A stretch of DNA of 64,000 nt from Candidatus Latescibacterota bacterium (GTDB taxonomy: Bacteria; Latescibacterota; UBA2968; UBA8231), in NCBI GenBank assembly GCA_965204725.1, contig OZ242005.1, positions 4,512,001 through 4,576,000 of the forward strand. Direction: 5' to 3'. Under the pieces are notes generated by a model. It ran no database searches and was not told the origin of the DNA. It was given only the letters and a program-made list of their open reading frames with translations. Below are positions 37,712 through 45,943 of this stretch, piece after piece; position 1 is the stretch's first letter, and each line of letters begins with the position of its first letter. Position numbers and translations under genes: made by a program.

Positions 37712-39520
37712 TCAGTCCCACTTCGCCTCATCGGCGCAGTGGTCGTAGGATCGGCTCAGTAAATAGACCAACCCCCTATCGAGCAATAGTGCAAGACGTC
37801 GATCCGGCATTTGCGCGAGATCCCGGATCCGACAGCCCAGATACCACAATGGACAGCCTACTCCAATGCGCTCGACGTATTGCACGTCCGTGCCATCGCG
37901 ACGAACTCGAAAGAGCGCGTGGCCGCTCCCCTGTGTACCTGCAAGCGAACCGATCAGCAGGTCGTCTCTCCACAGCGGGAACCAGCGCTCGTCATTGACG
38001 ATGAGGCTGGAAATGCCGATGGACGGAACCCAAGCGAAAACGGGCTTTGTGAAGCCGTCGTGTAGCCCCACCTGTTCGGCTTGGGACACATTAACTCGGC
38101 TTCCATAACCGACGCCATAGGAGACCCGAGGCCAACCGTAATTGCCGCCTGCGACCAGCACGTTGAGTTCGTCGCCGCCTTGCGGTCCGTGATCGGTTCC
38201 CCACAAGTGGCCGGCCGCGTCCCGGGCGAGCCCCTGCGAATTGCGGAGGCCAGAGGCCAGCACCTCCGCCCGGCCGGTCGCGATTTCAACGCGGACGAGC
38301 TTGCCCAAGTGCGAGGCCGGGTCTTGAGCGGCCTCATTTACCAGATGCGGTCCCGGTACGACCAACAAGTGGTCGGGGCCGTCCGTCAACATCCGGCCCC
38401 CCGCTTGGACGGACGCGGTTTTCAGGCACGGCTCCGCATCATATATCGTTCTCCATTTCGGCGACACCGAAACGTCTGCGCCTCGGTGCCGAAGCGTCGT
38501 CGCGGACAACCGGAACCGCAGGCACTCGCTGGTGAAATGGTGATGCGCCACAAACAGTTCATACCGCCCGGCCGAACGCCGTTTCAACAAAATGTCGGTC
38601 ACTTGGAACCGGTTCAAGGATATTGTCTTTGTCGGGTGGGCGAGGAGTCCGGCCTTATTCATCGGCACATTCCCTTTGAGCGGCACCACCTCCCCGGTGG
38701 TCGGGCGTATCAGATTGAACCGCCCCCACGGCGTTACGACGAGCAAGTCGTTGCCCAACGGCGCGATGGCACCGCCGCGCACGTAGGTATTGGCCATGTG
38801 ATCCCATCGGTCTCGGAGCCAGATCCACACCGTTTGCAGATCATACAAGTGCGTCGTCAGCACCCCGGCGGCTTCGACGATGCCCAACTCCGCCGTCGCA
38901 GAGTACGACACCCCCTCTTTGTCGTAGTCAACCTGAACCGACAGGTGCTTCCCTTCCATGGAGGGATCCATGAAATACTCCCAAGTCGGTCGCGATTGAC
39001 GCCTCGGCAATACCTTGGGGTCAGACCCATCCGCGCAGGAAATAAACCAATGCCACGGCGACCTATTCTCAAATGGACGCTGGCTGTTCACGCCAACGGC
39101 TATGGGTTCTCCCATCAACGAGGACGAGGGGATGCGAATCGCATCGGCCGGAGCTGCTTGCAGCACGGGGGCTGTTATCGAGACCGGGGCTGACCACTCG
39201 GAGTGCCCACGGGCGTTGACCGCGACCACTCGCACCTCGTACTCCATCCCGCTCATCGCCCACATACTCTCGATGGTATCGGGCGCGGAGGTCGCCGTGT
39301 GTTCGCGCCATGCAGGGACAAGTTCGTTTTTCGGTCTGACGGCGATCGTGTAACTCGTCGCGTCGGGGACTTCGCCCCAAGCGACGGTAAGGCGTCTGTT
39401 GGCAGCAGTAACGGCGACTTCGGTGGGCGTATCGAGGGTTTCCACCATGTCGAGGGTGCTTTTGACGTACATGCAGCCAGCGGGTGCCAACAGCATGAGC
39501 AAGAGAGCAAGTGCCGGCAC
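37712..39520 (-). CDS. array unit U1: FN3 + Ig-like + PQQ propeller, no cytochrome c
   Basis: Same motifs; lipobox-like LAPAGC; GTG start 3 nt after the permease stop; ends HCADEAKWD*. Confidence 0.87.
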   Translation of the reverse strand: MPALALLLMLLAPAGCMYVKSTLDMVETLDTPTEVAVTAANRRLTVAWGEVPDATSYTIAVRPKNELVPAWREHTATSAPDTIESMWAMSGMEYEVRVVAVNARGHSEWSAPVSITAPVLQAAPADAIRIPSSSLMGEPIAVGVNSQRPFENRSPWHWFISCADGSDPKVLPRRQSRPTWEYFMDPSMEGKHLSVQVDYDKEGVSYSATAELGIVEAAGVLTTHLYDLQTVWIWLRDRWDHMANTYVRGGAIAPLGNDLLVVTPWGRFNLIRPTTGEVVPLKGNVPMNKAGLLAHPTKTISLNRFQVTDILLKRRSAGRYELFVAHHHFTSECLRFRLSATTLRHRGADVSVSPKWRTIYDAEPCLKTASVQAGGRMLTDGPDHLLVVPGPHLVNEAAQDPASHLGKLVRVEIATGRAEVLASGLRNSQGLARDAAGHLWGTDHGPQGGDELNVLVAGGNYGWPRVSYGVGYGSRVNVSQAEQVGLHDGFTKPVFAWVPSIGISSLIVNDERWFPLWRDDLLIGSLAGTQGSGHALFRVRRDGTDVQYVERIGVGCPLWYLGCRIRDLAQMPDRRLALLLDRGLVYLLSRSYDHCADEAKWD

Positions 39521-39523
39521 CCG

Positions 39524-40504
39524 CTAGCGCCTCTCCTGCTGACGGCGGTCCACCCACGAATGCAGGGCCATCATTCCCAAGATGATCGCGCCGATGAAAA
39601 TGTTGTACGCCAGCCCGGGGACGCCGATGAGCACGATGCCGTTGCGCATCAGGCGCAGGATGAACACGCCGAGCACCGTGCCGACGATGGTGCCGCGCCC
39701 CCCCGTTAGGGCTGTCCCCCCAATCACCACCATGGCGATGACCTCTAGCTCGTACCCCGTGCCGCTGTTGGGATTGGCCGCGGCCGTGCGTATGGAACTG
39801 ATGATGCCGGCGAAACCCGCCATGACGGCCGAGAGAACAAACAGCTTGACCTTGGTGCGCTCTACGCGCACGCCGCGGGCGCGGGCGGCCTCGGCGTTGC
39901 CGCCTGCGGCTTGGAGCCAGTTCCCCATCTTGGTCTGCGTCAGCAAATAGCCGAGCAACAGCGCCGCCGCCACAAACCAAAACAGCGACATGTACACGCG
40001 CAGGCCAGCCACCTCAAAACTCCCGACCAGCACCTCGGCGAGGAAGAGATCGGCGGCGTCCCAAGTCCGCTGCGGAAACCCGCTCGTCACCACCAGCGCA
40101 CTGCCCCGCACCACCAGCAACATGCCGAGCGTCACCAGAAACGAGGGAATCCGCAAGCGCGTGACGAACAAACCGCTGCACAGGCCGAGGGCCGCAGCCG
40201 TGCCCAAGGCGAGGACAAAGCCGACCTCAATGGACGTAGCCTCGGTGTTGTACAGGGTCCACATGAGCACTGGGCAGAACCCGAACAGCGAGCCGACCGA
40301 AAGGTCGAATTCGCCAGCCGTCATCAGCAGGGTCATGGCCAGCGCGATCAGCCCCAACTCCACTGTGAAGGCCAGCATGTTGCCGATGTTGCGCGCCGAT
40401 AGAAACGCCGGATTGATCTGCCAGAAGACGAAAATCATGGCGACCAGCAGGACAAACGGGCCGAATTCGGGGCGCGACAGGATGCGCTGTACGGCTGCGT
40501 TCAT
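39524..40504 (-). CDS. sugar ABC transporter permease (RbsC-like)
   Basis: GEFDLSVGS, IPSFLVTLG, GGNAEAARARGV, YELEVIAMVVIGGTALTGGRG. Confidence 0.93.
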   Translation of the reverse strand: MNAAVQRILSRPEFGPFVLLVAMIFVFWQINPAFLSARNIGNMLAFTVELGLIALAMTLLMTAGEFDLSVGSLFGFCPVLMWTLYNTEATSIEVGFVLALGTAAALGLCSGLFVTRLRIPSFLVTLGMLLVVRGSALVVTSGFPQRTWDAADLFLAEVLVGSFEVAGLRVYMSLFWFVAAALLLGYLLTQTKMGNWLQAAGGNAEAARARGVRVERTKVKLFVLSAVMAGFAGIISSIRTAAANPNSGTGYELEVIAMVVIGGTALTGGRGTIVGTVLGVFILRLMRNGIVLIGVPGLAYNIFIGAIILGMMALHSWVDRRQQERR

Positions 40505-41440
40505 CTATTCGCCCGACAGAATGTCGTCGTATAGCTGGGCCTTGTCGGCCTCGTAGAGCACGCCGGTGATCACGTCAAACCCCGCGGGGATGCCGCTGGC
40601 TGCCATGGCCGCCAACGACAGGGCCACGTAGCTGGTCGCGTGCGGGTCTTGCCACTGGGCGGCATTCACGTATCCGGCGAGCACCTCTCGGGTCGTGTCG
40701 AGGGAATTGCCCCAGCCGACGACCGGAATTTCTCCGGGCGCGATCCCGCACTGGTCGAACACGCGCTTGATGCTGCCGGTTACCAAGTCGCCGAGGCCGA
40801 TGATCGCGTCGATGTTGTCGATGTTGGCCGTCATATAGTCCACCATGCGGGCGATGGCTTCGGCTTGGTCGAGGGTCGCGTCGGTGACTTCCCAAGCAAT
40901 GCCCAACGGCTCAAAGACGCTGGCAACGCCCTGCTCCTCTTGGACGCCATAGGTCGCGCCCGGCACTTCTACCGGCAGCCAGACGAAGTCGCCGGATTGG
41001 ACCAAGCCCTTGTCAACCAAGTACTGCGCCCACTGCCGCCCAATCCCGACTAGGTCGCCGCCCACATAAGCGTCAAAACTAGCGGTGGGATCGGGCGTGT
41101 TCATGTTGATGATGGGTATGTTGGCTTCGTTGGCCTCTTTCGCCACCTCTACCAAACTGCCCGGGTCTGGGCTGCTGGTGACGATGCCATCGGCCCCGGT
41201 GGCAATAGCGGCGCGCACGGCCTCCTGATGAGAAGCCACGTCGCCGTTGTGGAAGGACGTGTTGACCTTGTGGCCGGTATCCTCTTGCCACTGACGGGCA
41301 CCGGCGAGAAAGTAGGTCCACACCGGATCGGCGGGCGAGCCGTGCGAAATCCAGTAAAAGGTCTTGGCCTCAGCCAACGCCGGGCTCAGAGCCAACAGCA
41401 CACTGGCAAACGCGACAATCCTCATCTTAAACATCGGCAT
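40505..41440 (-). CDS. sugar ABC transporter substrate-binding protein
   Basis: Signal peptide ending ALA-EA; periplasmic binding protein type I features; GGAGAGG RBS. Confidence 0.88.
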   Translation of the reverse strand: MPMFKMRIVAFASVLLALSPALAEAKTFYWISHGSPADPVWTYFLAGARQWQEDTGHKVNTSFHNGDVASHQEAVRAAIATGADGIVTSSPDPGSLVEVAKEANEANIPIINMNTPDPTASFDAYVGGDLVGIGRQWAQYLVDKGLVQSGDFVWLPVEVPGATYGVQEEQGVASVFEPLGIAWEVTDATLDQAEAIARMVDYMTANIDNIDAIIGLGDLVTGSIKRVFDQCGIAPGEIPVVGWGNSLDTTREVLAGYVNAAQWQDPHATSYVALSLAAMAASGIPAGFDVITGVLYEADKAQLYDDILSGE

Positions 41441-41459
41441 TCCTCTCCATGTAATTAGT

Positions 41460-42341
41460 TCAGCGGCCAATCTCAAGGGACTCCACCTGCACCAACAGCG
41501 TCTCGCGTTCCTCGGTACTTATGGCTCGCAACGGACGCCGAGGGTCGCCGCACTCCATCCCTATGCGCTGACTGACCACCGCCAAGACGCTGCCGAAATA
41601 GCCGAATTGCGCCACCGTGCTGTGAAAGGCATTGGCCCGTTGCTGGGCCGCTTGGGCCGCGGCCAGATCGCCCGCTTGGTAGGCATTCCATAAGGCCATC
41701 CACAGCTCCGGAGCCGCGCACAAAGGGCCATCGACCGACCCGACGGCTCCGACGGTCATGGCGGGCAACATCAGCTTGCCGCTGCCGATAAAGGCGTCTA
41801 GCCCCATGCCGACGAATTCGAGCAGGTTGGCGAATATCGGCGACGAGTGTTTCAAACCAACTGTCTGGGGCACTTCCTCGACGAGACGCCGCATGAGGGC
41901 TGGGCTGACATCGAGGCCGGTGCAGCCGGGCAAATTGTAGATGAACAACGGCCGGTCCGCCGCCGCTCCCACGGCCCGATAGTATTCTACCACGCCGTCA
42001 TCGTCGCCTTGGTAGAAAAAGGGCGGCACCGCGCAGACAGCTTCCACTCCGGCTCGGGCTGCGTGAGCCGCCAGTTTTTCGGCCCGCGCCGTGGTATTGG
42101 CTCCCACGTGCATAATGACCTGAGTGCGCCCCGCGTTTTGGTCGGCGGCGATCTCGGCGATGCGCTGGTTCTCCTCGTCGTTGAGCAGGACGCTCTCGCC
42201 AGTGCCGCCAGCGACCCAAAAGCCGTGGACGCCGGCTCGTATATTGAACTCCATTGTGGCGCGGAAGGCTTGCTCGTTTAAGGTCCCATCCTCGTTTTTC
42301 GGGCTGATAATCGCCGGCACTACCCCGTGAAATTGCCCCAT
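41460..42341 (-). CDS. DHDPS/N-acetylneuraminate lyase family aldolase
   Basis: GGTGE, VPPFFY, IYNLP, Schiff-base GLKHS. Confidence 0.9.
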   Translation of the reverse strand: MGQFHGVVPAIISPKNEDGTLNEQAFRATMEFNIRAGVHGFWVAGGTGESVLLNDEENQRIAEIAADQNAGRTQVIMHVGANTTARAEKLAAHAARAGVEAVCAVPPFFYQGDDDGVVEYYRAVGAAADRPLFIYNLPGCTGLDVSPALMRRLVEEVPQTVGLKHSSPIFANLLEFVGMGLDAFIGSGKLMLPAMTVGAVGSVDGPLCAAPELWMALWNAYQAGDLAAAQAAQQRANAFHSTVAQFGYFGSVLAVVSQRIGMECGDPRRPLRAISTEERETLLVQVESLEIGR

Positions 42342-42465
42342 ATTTTCCTCCTTGTATCCTTATTTTGTATAATACCTCAGCAGCCTTTCGCGCCGAGGCG
42401 AACCGCGCTCAATATAGGCGTCAACCTCTCGGCTTCCAACACGCAGACCATCTTAGGAGAATGAT

Positions 42466-43638
42466 ATGAAAAGCTATCGCGTGGCCATACTGGGTTGCCG
42501 GGGCCGCGGCACGGCCGCAGCACGAGCATATCACGCCCACCCCCGCACGGAAATCGTCGCCCTCTGCGACCTCGTGCCAGACCGGCTCGACACCCTAGGC
42601 GACGAACTCGGAGTCGCGGCGCGCTACACCGACCTAGACGCGATGATGGGCCAGCACCAACCCGATATCGTCGCCATTCCCACCGGCACGGAATTCCATC
42701 ACGCGCTGGCCCTGCGCGTACTCGAATACGGCGTCCACATCGACATTGAAAAACCCCTGTGCGTCGATTGCCAGCAGGCCGACGAGGTGCTGGCCAAGGC
42801 CCGAGCAAAAAACGTCCGCATCGCAGTGCATCATCAAGGGCGCGTCGGCGTCTATATGAAAGCCGTGGCCAAAGCCCTTGCCGAGGGACGCATCGGCTCG
42901 TTGCGCCACATCCACGCCCACGGCAAAAACTACTACGGCGGCTACAACCTAATGAACATCGGCACGCACATAATCAACAACATGCTCAAGGTCGCCGGCC
43001 CGTGCCGCAGCGTCGTCGCCACCGCCACTACCGATGGCCGCCCCATCGCCCCGACCGATGTGGTGCCCTCTCCGCAAGGGATGGGCACCATTGCGGGTGA
43101 ACACATCACTGCGACGCTCGGTTTCGCCGACGGCGTCACCGCAACGCTCCTCCAGCACCGCTTCCCCACTCCGGTCAATCCGGTGATAGAATTCTGTGGC
43201 AGCGAAGGCCGCTTGGTGCTCTCCCAGCTCGTCTGGAAAAGGGACATCGGCGCGCTCCTGCTGTCGCAGCCCCACTATGCCCTCAACGACGCAAGAGAAC
43301 CTTGGGAAGTGCTATCGCCCATCCACTGCGCGGGCTATGATCCGCAGAGTTCGGCCCACCCAGACGACTACGCTTATGTAGAGGAGTATGTCGCGGCACT
43401 CGACGCCGGTCGCGCCCACGAATGCAGCGGCCAAGCGGGCCAGCACATCGTGGAAATCATGATGGGCATTTTCGAGTCGGCCGCGTACGGCAAACGGGTG
43501 GATTTACCCCAGCCGGATCGCACCCATCCCCTGCTGCGCTGGCGGCGCGAGAACGGCTTGCCGCTCCCCGATCCCATGCCGCGTCCCTACGCCGAGTGGC
43601 TGGCGGCCGAGGACATGCGGTTGGGGCGGAGTGGGTGA
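42466..43638 (+). CDS. Gfo/Idh/MocA family oxidoreductase
   Basis: VAILGCRGRG, IEKPL, NIGTH. Confidence 0.88.
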   Translation: MKSYRVAILGCRGRGTAAARAYHAHPRTEIVALCDLVPDRLDTLGDELGVAARYTDLDAMMGQHQPDIVAIPTGTEFHHALALRVLEYGVHIDIEKPLCVDCQQADEVLAKARAKNVRIAVHHQGRVGVYMKAVAKALAEGRIGSLRHIHAHGKNYYGGYNLMNIGTHIINNMLKVAGPCRSVVATATTDGRPIAPTDVVPSPQGMGTIAGEHITATLGFADGVTATLLQHRFPTPVNPVIEFCGSEGRLVLSQLVWKRDIGALLLSQPHYALNDAREPWEVLSPIHCAGYDPQSSAHPDDYAYVEEYVAALDAGRAHECSGQAGQHIVEIMMGIFESAAYGKRVDLPQPDRTHPLLRWRRENGLPLPDPMPRPYAEWLAAEDMRLGRSG

Positions 43639-43676
43639 TTTAACAACGGATGGACTGACAGGAGGTTTGAATCGAC

Positions 43677-44513
43677 ATGAACGACACTGAAAAATTCCTC
43701 TTCGACCTACAGGGCTTCATCGTCGTCCGCGAGTTCCTCTCGCAGTACGAGGTCAAAGCACTCAACGACGCTTTCGACGCCAACTGGGACCAGCGCCGCG
43801 AAGACCCAATCGGCGACCCCAGCGGCAACATGGCTGGAACGGCCAAGCGCGGTATTTTCACCGGCATGCTCACTTGGGCGCAGCCCCATTGCCAGCCCTT
43901 CCGCGACCTGCTGGCGCACCGCAAGCTCCTACCCTATCTCAATACCCTGCACGGACGCGGCTGGAAGCTCGACCACGAGCCGTTCCTGATTACCGGCTCT
44001 AAGGGTATCGAGGGCCTGCGCCTCCACGGCACCACCAACGTCCTCTTTAATGGCTCCCGCTTCTACGCATACTCCAACGGCCAGATGCGCTGTGGCCTGC
44101 TCGTCGTTCAGTACACCTTGCACGACCAAAATCCCGGCGACGGCGGCCTCTGCGTCATCCCGGGCAGCCACAAGGCGAATTTTTCTTGTCCTCGGCAGAT
44201 CACGACTTGGGAGGAGCATCCAGAAATCGTTTACCAAGTGCCCTTAAAGGCCGGCGACATGGTCATCTTTAGCGAGAATACGCTACACGGTGCCCTGCCA
44301 TGGCAGGCGGACCACGACCGCCGCGCTCTGCTCTACCGGTACACGCCCAAGTACCTGCACTACGACGGCGGCACGTACGAGGTCAGCCAGCCAGCATGGG
44401 TATCGGAATTGACCGAGGCGCAACAAGCGGTGCTCGAGCCGCCCTACATCTACCATCACCCGCTCATCGAACCGGACGGTGAGACCGTGGTGCGCCCGCG
44501 CCGCGAGGATTAG
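43677..44513 (+). CDS. phytanoyl-CoA dioxygenase (PhyH) family Fe(II)/2OG enzyme, HGT variant
   Basis: FDLQGFIVV, GGLCVIPGSHK, KAGDMVIFSE.TLHG, RRALLY. Confidence 0.88.
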   Translation: MNDTEKFLFDLQGFIVVREFLSQYEVKALNDAFDANWDQRREDPIGDPSGNMAGTAKRGIFTGMLTWAQPHCQPFRDLLAHRKLLPYLNTLHGRGWKLDHEPFLITGSKGIEGLRLHGTTNVLFNGSRFYAYSNGQMRCGLLVVQYTLHDQNPGDGGLCVIPGSHKANFSCPRQITTWEEHPEIVYQVPLKAGDMVIFSENTLHGALPWQADHDRRALLYRYTPKYLHYDGGTYEVSQPAWVSELTEAQQAVLEPPYIYHHPLIEPDGETVVRPRRED

Positions 44514-44582
44514 CCTTGGTCGGTGTACTATAGCGGGTAGTACTTCAAGAGGAAGGCTAGGATGCCGGGGGGCGCGTGGGCT

Positions 44583-44648
44583 GTCACTCCTGCGAAAGCA
44601 GGAGTCCAGTCTCTCACCCCGCTGAATTCCGACTTTCGCCGGAATGAC
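44583..44648. repeat. REP-like palindrome family B, full element
   Basis: GTCACTCCTGCGAAAGCAGGAGTCCAG...CTGAATTCCGACTTTCGCCGGAATGAC inverted pair. Confidence 0.85.
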
Positions 44649-44676
44649 GGTGCAAAAGAGGCGAGCAACAGGCTCG

Positions 44677-44692
44677 GGGCATCTTGCCCTCG
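44677..44692. repeat. REP-like family A fragment (inverted)
   Basis: GGGCATCTTGCCCTCG is the reverse complement of CGAGGGCAAGATGCCC found in the 14.1 kb and 23.07 kb copies. Confidence 0.55.
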
Positions 44693-44781
44693 AAAGAGCT
44701 TGACGCCAAGATCACTCAACAGCCCCGAGAAGTTGCCCGACGAGGGTTTTAAGAACATTTGGCTTGCTTGCGGAATCGCCC

Positions 44782-44832
44782 TTAGCCCTGCCACTCCAAA
44801 TTGATAATAGCGGCGCAAGCGATCAGGTAGCA
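44782..44832 (-). pseudogene. displaced duplicate of the 3' end of the PhyH gene at 46491-47360
   Basis: 44786-44806 = 46495-46515 (21 bp) and 44807-44818 = 46533-46544 (12 bp), with a 17-bp deletion between; LPDRLRRY/INLEWQG* vs LPEHLRRY...INLEWQG*. Confidence 0.8.
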
Positions 44833-44947
44833 GGCGACGGATCGGTCGCCATCGTGCATCAAGCAAGTCGGGCGCACTCATCGGAGCCTTGCCGCTAGTC
44901 CTAAAGTCGCGATCTTCGACGCGCTCAGAGTTGGCTAATGATCCGGG

Positions 44948-45943
44948 TTAGTCGCTATCGTCAAGCCCCATACGACGCATCGCGTATCTGGTCAAAATGA
45001 CCTCCAAATCCTCTGCAAATACAAATTTTACCTCGTGTCGGTCGCCAATCTCCACGAGGCCATAATTATCCTCTCTCTTGGCTTGAGTGAAGATAACCAC
45101 CTTTTCGATCAGCTTTTCCCTACCCTTGTTCCAGTAGCTTGCCTTGTTTATCTGTTTTATGACACTCTCGCCAACTTCTCCTACGTGATCTTTCACTTGA
45201 ACGGCGATGACATAATCCTTGGTATTGGATAATCCCGGAATCGTGATTTTGATATCGGTACCATGCTTTCCCTCATTACGACCACCTACCCTCTCGATTT
45301 GGGCATGTGGATACAAATTTTTCAGGGATTCCTCAAGCACACTTTCCCAACTCTCTGCGTTGAATTGGATATTGAGTTTATCGTAAACCGACTTCCCAAA
45401 GTTCCTACGGCTAAATACTTCGCCAAAGGCGGAATTGATGGCATCTATCAACCTATCTTCATCCGGCAGGTCTTGGTCAAGTTCTTCTAGTCTAGCATCA
45501 TCTATCTCTATAATCTTGTCGATGTCTTCCCCGTAGTGATCGATATTCCAGAAGCGACCTTGATATTTTAGCGTTGACCGGATATTGCCAGTGACATGTT
45601 TGCTTTGTCTGCTGAATTTCTTGAGAAATTTTGCCGGAAAAATGTGTCCATAGTCCCCGTATTTCTCCGAGATTTTGAACCGGTAGCCTTTGTCCCAATC
45701 TTCCGTTGCCTCGACTACGGACACCGAGGCCCAATCCGGCAGTCTGGGTACCAGTAAGAAGTGGCCTTTCTTGACCTCGAACATCCTCAGATTTTTAGCT
45801 ACTTCTGGATCGGTAATTGGCTTTCGAAGATCATGCGCCGGATCATATCCCCATCCTTGGCGCAATCGGCCATCTAGGAGCTCCTTTTGGAAGAAGTCTC
45901 TATCGCTGGTGCTGATTCGGTAACCCCAGTAGCGAATTGTCAT
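44948..45943 (-). CDS. restriction endonuclease, Mrr_cat-like C-terminal domain with uncharacterised N-terminal domain
   Basis: WESVLEE...EGKHGTDIKI...IAVQVKD...VIKQI; AT-rich; colinear with 4045-5049. Confidence 0.78.
   Translation of the reverse strand: MTIRYWGYRISTSDRDFFQKELLDGRLRQGWGYDPAHDLRKPITDPEVAKNLRMFEVKKGHFLLVPRLPDWASVSVVEATEDWDKGYRFKISEKYGDYGHIFPAKFLKKFSRQSKHVTGNIRSTLKYQGRFWNIDHYGEDIDKIIEIDDARLEELDQDLPDEDRLIDAINSAFGEVFSRRNFGKSVYDKLNIQFNAESWESVLEESLKNLYPHAQIERVGGRNEGKHGTDIKITIPGLSNTKDYVIAVQVKDHVGEVGESVIKQINKASYWNKGREKLIEKVVIFTQAKREDNYGLVEIGDRHEVKFVFAEDLEVILTRYAMRRMGLDDSD

Larger units (their letters stand above)
29910..39520 (-). repeat. tandem array of five paralogous genes (about 1.8-kb unit)
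   Basis: Long stretches of near-identical DNA recur about every 1.8-1.9 kb; inserted inside an ABC operon. Confidence 0.95.

Noticed and set aside
36671-39193. Long antisense ORFs over the array (363 and 370 aa) and similar shadow ORFs elsewhere
   Set aside because: Expected by-product of GC-rich codon usage; not conserved as open frames across all units and no recognisable motifs.
29910-39520. Diversity-generating retroelement as the cause of array variation
   Set aside because: No reverse transcriptase in the window, no short template/variable repeat pair, and differences include many indels and non-adenine substitutions spread along the genes.
29910-39520. Shufflon or invertible cassette system
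   Set aside because: All units are in the same orientation; no recombinase or flanking inverted recombination sites seen.
44528-44881. 117-aa minus-strand ORF
   Set aside because: It runs through a PhyH tail remnant and two REP elements, so it is probably a chance composite frame.
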